NCBI GenBank assembly: GCA_965140445.1 | Contig: OZ223236.1 | Coordinates: 3,040,001 to 3,104,000 of the forward strand | Reading direction: 5' to 3' | DNA from: Candidatus Ozemobacteraceae bacterium | GTDB taxonomy: Bacteria > Muiribacteriota > Ozemobacteria > Ozemobacterales > Ozemobacteraceae | DNA length: 64,000 nt | Part shown: positions 18,375 to 27,600 of the stretch, one piece after another | Layout: every line of letters begins with the position of its first letter | Numbering within the stretch: the stretch's first letter is position 1 | Translations under genes and position numbers: made by a program | The notes under the pieces: generated by a model | Seen by the model: only the letters and a program-made list of their open reading frames with translations | Database searches by the model: none | Told to the model about the DNA's origin: nothing

Positions 18375-19253
18375 TTAAAAGGAAACCGTTCCGCCAAGAA
18401 CTAGAGTTGGATTATCTTCAGACAAATTTAATCCGAGAACTTCTGCTTGAAAGCTTTTTAAACCAACTCTAAAGCCTGCATGAAGTCTGTGTCTAACCGA
18501 ATCTTTTTGAAAAACATCTCTGTAGTTTCCAAACTTTGCTTCGCAAAAGAAAGTGGCAAATTCTTTAAATCTGTATTCCAGACCTAAAGATCCGATGATA
18601 ATGTCCTTGCGATCAATTTTTTGTTTAGTTCCATTTCCAAAATCAATTTCCTGTTTTTTTGTGAAAGCAGAAGTTACGTTTAAGAAGCCAGTAACACCGC
18701 TTGCTACAGTTTCGGAAACAGTCATGTATACATTTCTTAATTTTTCTATTTGCTCAAGATCAGCAAGGTTTAATTCATTGGCATCCATTGGTGCAAAATT
18801 AAACCCCAAACATAAGTCTTTTTCTCCTACATGGGTGCTATATTTCATTCCAAGAGCGGTTGAATCTTCTTTAAAATTTAGACCTGCAACTTTAGGGTCA
18901 GACTTTCTTTGATAGTTCATATGAAGCACTGATAACTCTAAATCTGGATGAATAGCTGCTCGAAAACCTGCGACAAACTCATCCTTTTCAAGTTTGGTAG
19001 GAACTCCATTGACGCCAATATCCTGCTTGTAGGTTCCGGCTTTGTAAGTGAAACCTACTCTTCTTTCCTCTTGAAAATCCGGAGCTGGAATTGTAACAAG
19101 ACCAGTCGTTCCTGAGTAAGTCATTCCTGTTCTAGCGGGTCGCTCAACTATTGGCTTTATATCCTCAGGAATTACCTCAAGAATTTGAGCAGAAGAAGTT
19201 AAAGGAAGAAGTATAAGACTTGCTATTATTAGAATTTTATTTTTCATGTTCAT
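18375..19253 (-). CDS. Putative outer-membrane beta-barrel protein (YjbH-like N-terminal motif)
   Basis: Signal peptide from ATG 19253 or 19247; GTTGLVTIPAPD; alternating beta strands; terminal Phe. Confidence 0.65.
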   Translation of the reverse strand: MNMKNKILIIASLILLPLTSSAQILEVIPEDIKPIVERPARTGMTYSGTTGLVTIPAPDFQEERRVGFTYKAGTYKQDIGVNGVPTKLEKDEFVAGFRAAIHPDLELSVLHMNYQRKSDPKVAGLNFKEDSTALGMKYSTHVGEKDLCLGFNFAPMDANELNLADLEQIEKLRNVYMTVSETVASGVTGFLNVTSAFTKKQEIDFGNGTKQKIDRKDIIIGSLGLEYRFKEFATFFCEAKFGNYRDVFQKDSVRHRLHAGFRVGLKSFQAEVLGLNLSEDNPTLVLGGTVSF

Positions 19254-20964
19254 AGTTTGTGTAGAAGGTAGTTTTTTCGGCTTCGACTTCAAAACCAGTA
19301 AGTGTGAAAAGGTTATTTGGATCAGAAAGATCTGGAACAGTCCAGGAAAGTCCAGTATGGCCGTAATCGATTTGTTTAAACAAAGGTTGTGTTAATGTTT
19401 GGGTAATGATTAATGCGTATTTTTTTGTAGCTCCGGTTGGACCAAGATGGGTAAATTTGAAGGTTCCCTTTTGATCCAATTTATCTGTTGAATCTGCATC
19501 GAGGGTTTTTGTGGTTTGAGTCAAACCTGTAATTTCATATTCTTCAAATTCAGTCCCGCCGTTAGATTTTTTAGTTTTTTCCCAAACATAAAGTCTTGCA
19601 ATTAAATTGGGTCTTCCAGTTTCTGTAGCTTCATCAACCAGTCTCCCTACTATAGATCCGTAACCTGATCTTAAAGAATGAACCAGAGGATAATATAGTT
19701 TGGATGGTTGGGTTGTTCCGTCTGCATTTAGCTTGAAGCTAATTGACAGTGTTTCAAACCCGTTTTTAGAAATTTCCATCTTATAGATATTTGGTAATAG
19801 TTCTGTAAAACTAAAGTCTCCATTTTTGTCTGTAATACCGTTAGAGATTCCTTCGATCTTGCAGACCGCATATTCTAAGGGTGAACCTGTAAATGCTTCG
19901 TAAATGTTGCCTTTAATGTCTTTTGAAACAACTGTTTGACTAGTCGAAACTAGAATCTCAGCTTGTGCTGGTGACATTTCTCCGGTAGATAAAATTCTGA
20001 CAGGATAAAGTGATGATTCTGTTGTGGTGGTTCCAGCAGCAGCTTTTATGTAATACATGCCAGAAGTTAAGTTTTGAAAAAAGAATTTTCCTTCCCCAGA
20101 TGTATAAGTTGTCGAGAGAATTGGGGCTGTGGAACTATCTTTTCTAATGTCTACTCTTAAATTTGAGAGGATTTCGTTGGATTGGGTTTTTACAAAACCA
20201 CTTATAGTAAAACTTTCAAAAGTATTAGCAGTTAAATAAATTTCTGGTGATGGGGGAGATATGGTTCCATCAGAAAGAACATTAACTGTCACACTTTTTT
20301 GCTGATAAAATTGAGAATCCTTGGCAACCTCTATTCTATACAAACCAGATGCAATGCTTTCGAAGAAAAATTTTCCTTCGCCGCTTGTGACAGTGCTTTT
20401 TAAGATTGCATCATTCGACCAAAGTTCAACCGGCATATTGTCTACAGGAGATCTACTGTCAGCAGAATAAACCTGACCAGAAATTTTTACCAGAACGGGA
20501 CCGGAAGTTGGTTGGGCTAGTTTGTCGAGTTGAATCTCAGGGGCTTCGGGGGACATTTTCCCAGAATCTAAAACTCTGACAACGTATGTTGTTGATGCAT
20601 AAGTTGTGTCTCCATTGCCAGCTACAAGATCATATAATCCTGGTGGAATCTTAAAGAAAAAGAATTTACCTTCTGAGGTTGTTCTTGTCTGCATGGCGAG
20701 ACTGCCACTGTAATAGAGCGCTACATTTATGTTAGATAGCTTTTCTAATGAGGTTTTAGAAACGACTGTGCCTTCGATGGAATATTCAGCAGGTCCTTCA
20801 GCAACCTGGGTGAGGTTAACTGTTTGTGTTGTAACATCAGACCCTGTTAAAAGCTTTGAAACGGGACTGTTTTCTGTTCCTTCTTTACAACCTACAAGAA
20901 CTATCCCAAAGATAGCCAATAGGATCGTAAGAAAAAAGTATCTGCGAAAAAGCATTGAAGACAT
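19237..20964 (-). CDS. Lipoprotein with tandem carboxypeptidase-regulatory-like/Cna-B beta-sandwich repeats
   Basis: Lipobox LVGC; three close ~95 aa repeats (I.G.V...T.SxEGKFFF..I..GLY) plus more divergent ones. Confidence 0.8.
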   Translation of the reverse strand: MSSMLFRRYFFLTILLAIFGIVLVGCKEGTENSPVSKLLTGSDVTTQTVNLTQVAEGPAEYSIEGTVVSKTSLEKLSNINVALYYSGSLAMQTRTTSEGKFFFFKIPPGLYDLVAGNGDTTYASTTYVVRVLDSGKMSPEAPEIQLDKLAQPTSGPVLVKISGQVYSADSRSPVDNMPVELWSNDAILKSTVTSGEGKFFFESIASGLYRIEVAKDSQFYQQKSVTVNVLSDGTISPPSPEIYLTANTFESFTISGFVKTQSNEILSNLRVDIRKDSSTAPILSTTYTSGEGKFFFQNLTSGMYYIKAAAGTTTTESSLYPVRILSTGEMSPAQAEILVSTSQTVVSKDIKGNIYEAFTGSPLEYAVCKIEGISNGITDKNGDFSFTELLPNIYKMEISKNGFETLSISFKLNADGTTQPSKLYYPLVHSLRSGYGSIVGRLVDEATETGRPNLIARLYVWEKTKKSNGGTEFEEYEITGLTQTTKTLDADSTDKLDQKGTFKFTHLGPTGATKKYALIITQTLTQPLFKQIDYGHTGLSWTVPDLSDPNNLFTLTGFEVEAEKTTFYTNYEHEK

Positions 20965-21019
20965 AAGACTCCCCCAAAAGGTATTTATGTCTTCTTATCG
21001 TCATTTGGAGTGAATCTAT

Positions 21020-21586
21020 TTACTGCTTTTTTAAAATTTCCATTTGCTTTTTATAGCTACTTTGGAATTTTTTTAGCTTCTTTATTTCTTCTATGCGCTC
21101 TTTTGAGGTCGGAAGGCCTAGTTTTTCCATAACCTTATCAGATACTGAAATTGTAGAAGTAGTGGAGGCGTTTACATTGCTTTTTATTGCTTCGCTATTT
21201 GATGCAATAACTTGCGATTTTTGCAAGTCTTTCAATTTATTAGAAAACAGGACTTTTATATTGTTAAAAAGGGGAATTATCTCATCGCTATAAAGGTAAA
21301 AAATACCAAGTATAGTTATGACTGAAAAAAAGTTTGTTGCCAATTTGATCATTTTAGATTTATTGCTACGAGTAGGTGGGGCTGGATTGTTACCTCTAAA
21401 GCCAAAAGGTTCATCATTTGGAAGAGCTGAGGGAGGGATAATTTGCGTTTCTACTTTTTCAGACAGATTAGATTCTTCTGCTTCATTGGGAAATAGAAAT
21501 TTGAAAAAAGAAATCGCGCCCCAAAATAAAATAAGTAGAAATGCTAAAAACAAAAAAAGTTGGATCAGTATCATGTCTTCTCTCAC
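21020..21586 (-). CDS. Hypothetical membrane protein (2 TM)
   Basis: 188 aa ORF with two hydrophobic segments. Confidence 0.6.
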   Translation of the reverse strand: MREDMILIQLFLFLAFLLILFWGAISFFKFLFPNEAEESNLSEKVETQIIPPSALPNDEPFGFRGNNPAPPTRSNKSKMIKLATNFFSVITILGIFYLYSDEIIPLFNNIKVLFSNKLKDLQKSQVIASNSEAIKSNVNASTTSTISVSDKVMEKLGLPTSKERIEEIKKLKKFQSSYKKQMEILKKQ

Positions 21587-21784
21587 AAAAGAATTTTTTT
21601 TATTATTAAATCAAAAAAAATGTAAAAAGTCTATATACCCTTATTCACAACGTCTTTGCGGCGATTTGCTGTAAAACCTGTGTACAACAGGGTTTGAATG
21701 TCGTTTCGTTCTATGTGCTTGAGAAAAAAAGTGCAAAATCTGCTCTATGAAAGGGAAAAATGGATAATTTTTTTTTTTTTGGTA

Positions 21785-21814
21785 TTGACATAAGCAATTC
21801 GAGGTAATTATAAT
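21785..21814 (+). promoter_or_regulatory. Consensus sigma-70 promoter of hup
   Basis: TTGACA-N18-TATAAT, with an upstream T-tract that could act as an UP element. Confidence 0.8.
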
Positions 21815-21852
21815 CAGCTCATCAAAATTCAAATCCGAAGGAGAATTCCATC

Positions 21853-22134
21853 ATGAATAAAGCGGATCTCGTAAAAACAATTGCAACTAAAGCTGACCTT
21901 AATCAGGCAACTGCCCAGAAAGCTCTCGAAGCAATGCTCGATACTTTCAAAGACACTCTGAAAAAAGGTGACAAAATTCAGTTGATCGGTTTTGGTTCTT
22001 TTGAAGTAGCTAAAAGAGCTGCTCGCAAAGGTGTTAACCCTCAGACTAAAAAACAGATCAGCATCCCAGCTAAAAAAGTTGTTAAATTTAAACCTGGTAA
22101 AGACCTTAAAGATATGGTTGCTAAGGGTAAATAA
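21853..22134 (+). CDS. hup: DNA-binding protein HU
   Basis: MNKADLV...IQLIGFGSF...RAARKGVNPQT...VKFKPGK. Confidence 0.97.
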   Translation: MNKADLVKTIATKADLNQATAQKALEAMLDTFKDTLKKGDKIQLIGFGSFEVAKRAARKGVNPQTKKQISIPAKKVVKFKPGKDLKDMVAKGK

Positions 22135-22146
22135 ATTAGTAAAAAG

Positions 22147-22180
22147 AAGCCCTGCTCCCTTGAGAGCGGGGTTTTTTTTT
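22147..22180 (+). terminator. Intrinsic terminator after hup
   Basis: GCCCTGCTC...GAGCGGGG stem followed by T9. Confidence 0.85.
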
Positions 22181-22221
22181 GTTTAAATATTAGTGACTAA
22201 AATTTAAGGGAGAAGGTTGTT

Positions 22222-24180
22222 TTGGCAGAGAATAAGGACTTTGAAAAGAGAGAACATTGGGGGTCTAGAATAGGCCTTATTTTGGCAATGGCTGGAAACG
22301 CTGTTGGACTAGGGAATTTTTTAAGATTTCCAACTCAGGCAGCGCAAAATGGCGGTGGAGCTTTTATGATTCCATATTTTATCGCCTTTTTGCTTCTGGG
22401 AATTCCATTAATGTGGATAGAATGGGGTATTGGCAGGTATGGGGGAACAATGGGACATGGAACCATGCCTGGAGTTCTTCAAAAAATCGTTAAAAGCAAA
22501 TTTGTAAAATATATTGGGGTATTAGGTTTTGTGTTACCCCTTTTTATTGGAATCTATTATTTTTATATAGAATCATGGACTTTATCCTTTAGTTATTTTT
22601 CTGTAAAAGGCTCATATATGGAGCTCAAAGGCGATAATATTAATGAGAAAAAGGATGAAATGGGCCGGTTTTTGAGCGAATTTCAGGGAATAGGCCCATC
22701 TGTTAAGCTGAAAAGGGAAACTAATGCTGCAGATTTAAAAAAGGTTAGTGAAACATTTGATGCAAAAGACGTTCCTGAAAATCTTATATATAAATCAGAG
22801 ATTGATGGGCATTGGGATGCTTTAAATGAAAAAGCTGATTTGACTAAATGTCCGTTTACTGAGGTTTCTTTAAAGAAAAAATATTTTAACAATAATAGCA
22901 CTGCCTATATCTTTTTTCTGATTACCTTTTTGTGCAATATGTATTTCCTGTATATGGGCTTGTCGGCAGGTATTGAAAAACTTGCCAAAATAGGAATGCC
23001 AGTTTTGTTTGTTTTCGCTGTTATATTGGCATTGAGAGTTCTAACTTTAGGTAAACCAGAAGGTGCGGTTAGTTCTATTGCCGATGGCTTTAATTTCTTG
23101 TGGAGTCCTAATTTTAAATATCTGGCGGATTCTAAAGTCTGGTTGGCAGCAGCTGGACAAGTCTTTTTCACTCTTTCTCTAGGTCTTGGGGCAATTCAAG
23201 CCTATGCCAGTTATTTGTCCGATAAAGATGACATCGTTTTGACCGGTCTTGCTACGGCTTCTACTAATGAATTTGCAGAGGTTATTCTTGGTAGTTCTAT
23301 TGCAATTCCAGCGGCAGTGGCGTTTTTTGGAGAAGCTGGTACAATGGAAATTGCAAAAGGCGGAGCTTTTGATCTTGGCTTTCAGTCTTTGCCAATGATT
23401 TTTACCCAGATTAATATGGGTTGGTTTTTTGGCGCAATTTGGTTTGCTCTGCTTTTTATTGCCGGCATAACAAGTGCGGTTGCATTGTTGACTCCTGCTA
23501 TCACATTTTTAAAAGATGAAATTGGCATGAAACACAAAAAAGCTGTTCTTGTAATTGGTGCTGCAACTTTTATCCTTGCTCATGGACCTATTTTCTTTTT
23601 GAAAAATGGGGTTCTTGATGAAATAGATTATTGGGCTGGGACTTTCGGCCTTGTTCTTGTTGCAAGCGTAGAAGTTGTTGTTTTTATGTGGATATTTGGA
23701 GTGAAGAGAGCATGGTTGGAGCTTCATAAAGGATGCGATATGCGAATTCCGAAATTCTATTTATTCATTATGAAGTATATTACCCCTGTTTTTATTCTTG
23801 GGATTTTAATTGTATGGTCTGTCCAGGAAGGCTGGGATAAGCTTGTAATGACAGGGGTTCCAATTGAAAATCGAATGTATATCTGGGCTACAAGAGTTGT
23901 TATGATGCTGGTTATTGGAGCTTTTACTTACCTGACTTGGAAAAGGTTCAGGGAGGAAGACGGAGATTCCTGGATGATTCCTGGCATTATGTGGGGATTT
24001 CCAATGATTCTTCTGCTTGCCACCTGTCCTGGAATGGTAGGAATTAATACCAACGCTTTGATACTATTGGTTTCATCCTGGACCTTCGCTATGGCGCTTG
24101 TATCCTATAGTGTGGGAAAAATACTGACGACTCCAGCTAAACCTGACGATATGTTTATTGAAGATCATCAAGAAAAATAA
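22222..24180 (+). CDS. Sodium-dependent NSS/SNF-family transporter (LeuT-like)
   Basis: REHWGSRIGLILAMAGNAVGLGNFLRFP, AAGQVFFTLSLGLG, NEFAEVILG, AGITS. Confidence 0.95.
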   Translation: MAENKDFEKREHWGSRIGLILAMAGNAVGLGNFLRFPTQAAQNGGGAFMIPYFIAFLLLGIPLMWIEWGIGRYGGTMGHGTMPGVLQKIVKSKFVKYIGVLGFVLPLFIGIYYFYIESWTLSFSYFSVKGSYMELKGDNINEKKDEMGRFLSEFQGIGPSVKLKRETNAADLKKVSETFDAKDVPENLIYKSEIDGHWDALNEKADLTKCPFTEVSLKKKYFNNNSTAYIFFLITFLCNMYFLYMGLSAGIEKLAKIGMPVLFVFAVILALRVLTLGKPEGAVSSIADGFNFLWSPNFKYLADSKVWLAAAGQVFFTLSLGLGAIQAYASYLSDKDDIVLTGLATASTNEFAEVILGSSIAIPAAVAFFGEAGTMEIAKGGAFDLGFQSLPMIFTQINMGWFFGAIWFALLFIAGITSAVALLTPAITFLKDEIGMKHKKAVLVIGAATFILAHGPIFFLKNGVLDEIDYWAGTFGLVLVASVEVVVFMWIFGVKRAWLELHKGCDMRIPKFYLFIMKYITPVFILGILIVWSVQEGWDKLVMTGVPIENRMYIWATRVVMMLVIGAFTYLTWKRFREEDGDSWMIPGIMWGFPMILLLATCPGMVGINTNALILLVSSWTFAMALVSYSVGKILTTPAKPDDMFIEDHQEK

Positions 24181-24190
24181 AAAATGAAAT

Positions 24191-24214
24191 AGCCGGGTGT
24201 TTTTACACCCGGCT
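24191..24214. other. Perfect inverted repeat (terminator-like or mRNA-stabilising hairpin)
   Basis: AGCCGGGTGT-tttt-ACACCCGGCT; no U-tract on the + strand. Confidence 0.6.
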
Positions 24215-24222
24215 CAACTAAA

Positions 24223-24654
24223 ATGAAAATTGAAAATAGACTTGTAAAAATTATTGCTGAAAGTAATAACCTGGAAAGCTCCTTAAAAGAAATTTCCAGT
24301 AATGAGCCTGAAAATCTGCTCGCGGAACTACTGTTAGCAAGGGTTCAATATGAAAAAGCTGTTTTAATAAAAGCCTCAGGGCCCCAGTGGTTTAAATTCC
24401 TGGGGTGGTGGTTCGGAAAGCTGTTAATCTGGGGAACATTTTTAACTGCTGTTATACTTGGTTCTGTTTTTGGAACAAAAATAGTAAATTCTCTCACTTT
24501 TGCGTTCTTTGGGGCTGCTGGATATTACGCATTGTTGCAGATTTTTACTCCGATTAGAGTAAGCAAAGAAGCTTTAAAAGAAGAAGAAAAAATTCAGGAA
24601 TTAGAAAATAAGATAAAAGAGCTGGCAAGCAAAATCGGTGAAAAAGAACCTTAG
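24223..24654 (+). CDS. Hypothetical membrane protein (2 TM)
   Basis: Two hydrophobic helices; overlaps the tamB start. Confidence 0.65.
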   Translation: MKIENRLVKIIAESNNLESSLKEISSNEPENLLAELLLARVQYEKAVLIKASGPQWFKFLGWWFGKLLIWGTFLTAVILGSVFGTKIVNSLTFAFFGAAGYYALLQIFTPIRVSKEALKEEEKIQELENKIKELASKIGEKEP

Positions 24655-27600
24655 AAAAATCCGGAAGATAGTTTTTACTTTAATTGGACTTACACTATTT
24701 CTTATCAGTGTGGGTTATTTAATTTATCAAACATCTTTTAGCTGTCCAAGATTTGTAATTGAAAGAATAAAAAGTTTTACTCTAACCTTTTATGACCTTG
24801 ATTTTGATGTATCATCCATCTATGTAAATTTTTCTACTCACACCGTAAATGTCAGGGGGCTGAGTTTAAAGCTTCCCCAGGAAAAGCCATTTATTAAGGT
24901 TGATCAGGTTGATCTGTATGCTGCATCTGGAACGGGCGTATTAGATGTTTACCTAAATAGATCCCCATTTGAAAGAATTGATTTAAAAAATGTCTATGTA
25001 GATGATACAGCTCCTTTTCCTGCGGCAACTGAGGGAGAAATTCCTTTTGCTTCTATTCCTGCAACATCTTTAACTCTGGTAAAACTTTCCGTTCTAAATA
25101 AATTTGGGCTTTTGGATTTTAAAGACTTTGACTTGAAATTCGTAAGAAACGGCAAAACTGGAAATGTGATAGCAAATGTTGCAAAAGGTCCATTTGGTGG
25201 AATAGGTAAAATAGCTTCTTTAATCGATTTCTCAAGTGGAAAGGCGAGAGTTAATTTTAATTGGGTTCATTCTAACTTTCAGCAGTTTATTCCATTTGGA
25301 ATTATTAGTCACTACTATGGTGTGTCCATAAAAAAAGGAAATATTAATCTGGATTTTGTCTGGGAAGGTATTCTTGGAAAGAGACTTGCTAATCCTACGG
25401 AGAATTTGACAAGCTTTTTTTCTGAAGAACTATCAGGGCATTTTTACATTAAAGATTGCCAGGTGGAATGGGCTGGTTTAAAAGGTGATTTAGATCTCTA
25501 TGGCAGCAGAGTTGGTAAATGGCCATGGAAATTGCATTTGAATGCCCATAATAAAATTTCATTAATTGAAGTTAACTCAGATTGGCTTGGTGATAAGAAC
25601 GACTTTGCGAAGTTTAAAGCAGAAGTAAAGGCGAAAAACCTTGAATTAACTCCTCAGATTTACAATATGGTTGGAATGCCTCTTAATAATACAAATCCAG
25701 GGCAAATTAATTTTTCTGGAAATGTTGAGGGTGGAATAGAAGGAGTAGTTGGAAGCGGTTCAGCAATTGCGACTGGATGGAAATACAAAGGAAAGTTAAT
25801 CCGAAAAGCTGAGGTTGATTGGGTTTTTAAAGGACAAGAGTTAGATCTTGAAGGAGACTTTAGAACTGAAATTGGGGATTTGGCTCTAAGTTGGCAATTC
25901 TTTCCCTTTGGAGAGAAAAAAGGTCAGGGAAAAGTTGAAGGAGAAGTTAACGATCTCAGCTTAAAAGTCTTCGATGAATTTGTGAGCGGATCATTAGATG
26001 GAAAATGCTCAGGCCCTTTTAAAATCAAGTTTGATTTGAATCAGCCTGCTAGCACGACCTATTCTATTGATTTATCAGTTTTAGAACCAGATATTTTTTC
26101 AATTCGTCCTCTTTTGTTTAAAGGAAAACTTTTCGGCGAAGGGCAAAAATGGATTCTTGAAGACCCAAGTGCGGATTTTTCAGATGGTGGAAAAATAAAT
26201 TTAAAAGGACAAATTTCCCACAAGGGCTATTCAGGTAATTTATCGATTAAAAAAGTTCGTTTGGATGAATTGGCCGTTCCAATACATATTGCGTCAGGAA
26301 CCACCTCATTAGAAGGGAAACTTTCTGGAGAATTGGATAAGCCAGAGCTTCTAGGAGAGGTGTGGGCAGGTAAAGTTGGAATTATGGGGCAAGTTCTTTC
26401 ATCTTTTAAAGCCCAGATTAAACTTGATCAAAAATCTCTGGAATTGTCTCCCATGGTCATGATCCCCACGAATGAGGGGATGATAGATGGCTATTTTTCT
26501 GTAAATATTGAAACAGGAAAAATTAATTCTTTTAAACTTAACCTGCAGGGCCTTTCAATAGACTTTATAGGCCCATTCTTGCCTGACAATTTTAAAAGTA
26601 CAGCCTTATCAGGACGAGTAAGTGGATCGGTAAGTTTTGATGGTCAGCGGGAAAAGGAATATTGGGACTTCCTGATTAATGGTCGGAATCTTGAAATGGC
26701 AGAACAGCCACTAGACAGTGTTTTTATTGAGGGAAGCATCTGGGGAGATCAGGGAGAAATACGTCATTTATTTGTCAGAGCTTTTGGGGGAACTATCAAG
26801 ATCAATGGAGAAGTTCAATCAAAAACTCGATTTGCAGGTTCCATCGAAGCAGAATCCTTATTTTTAAATAAAGCTACATTTCTTCAGAACTTGTTTCCTG
26901 GGTTAAGAGGAGAAATTAATCTTCAAGGAGATATTGTCTGGGATAAAGAAGAAAAAAATGGTTTATTTACGATTTTTGGCGAAAAAATGCGGGTAAATGA
27001 ACGTGACCTTGGCAATATGGGATGCGAAGTTATTGTTGATAATCAGGGCCTTGAAGTGATTCAAGGAGAGTTTGATAAATTAGGGGTAAAGCTTACTGGA
27101 AGCATTGATTGGAAAGGCCGTAAACCATATAAGGCAAAAATGGAACTGAAGCAGGTTGACCTTTCTTTTTTACCTCAAATTCATGGGGTTGAAGGCTTTG
27201 ATTACGGTGGATTAGTTGTAGACGGAAAATGCTCTATGACAGGTGATCTTGCTTCATTAACCCCTGACATTGTTGAAATGGATTTGTCTTCTTTAAAAAT
27301 CCAGAAAGAAAATGATGTAATTGTAGCTAATAAACCAATGAAAGTCGTTTTTCAGAATGACAGCATTGAGATTCGTTCGCTAGAGCTTAAATACAGGCAA
27401 GGGATTTTGGGTATAGAAGGAATTTACAGCCCTGGAAAGAATGCTGCTTTAGTGCTTAATGGTAAAGACTTCTCTATTAAGGCAATAGGAAGTTTATTTA
27501 ACCTGCCAGACTGGGACTACGATGGGAGACTTTCTTTAGATGGCGGTGTGTTTGGTAATTATCCTGATTTCGATTTAAAAGCTGACGCTAGAATCGATGA

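Noticed and set aside
21641..21720. Possible c-di-GMP-I riboswitch on the minus strand (AGCAAA...CGCAAAG)
   Set aside because: Only a few nucleotides separate the two motifs, so the required GNRA-capped stem is missing.
21587..21852. Replication origin
   Set aside because: Only one consensus DnaA box, and no dnaA/dnaN/gidA context.
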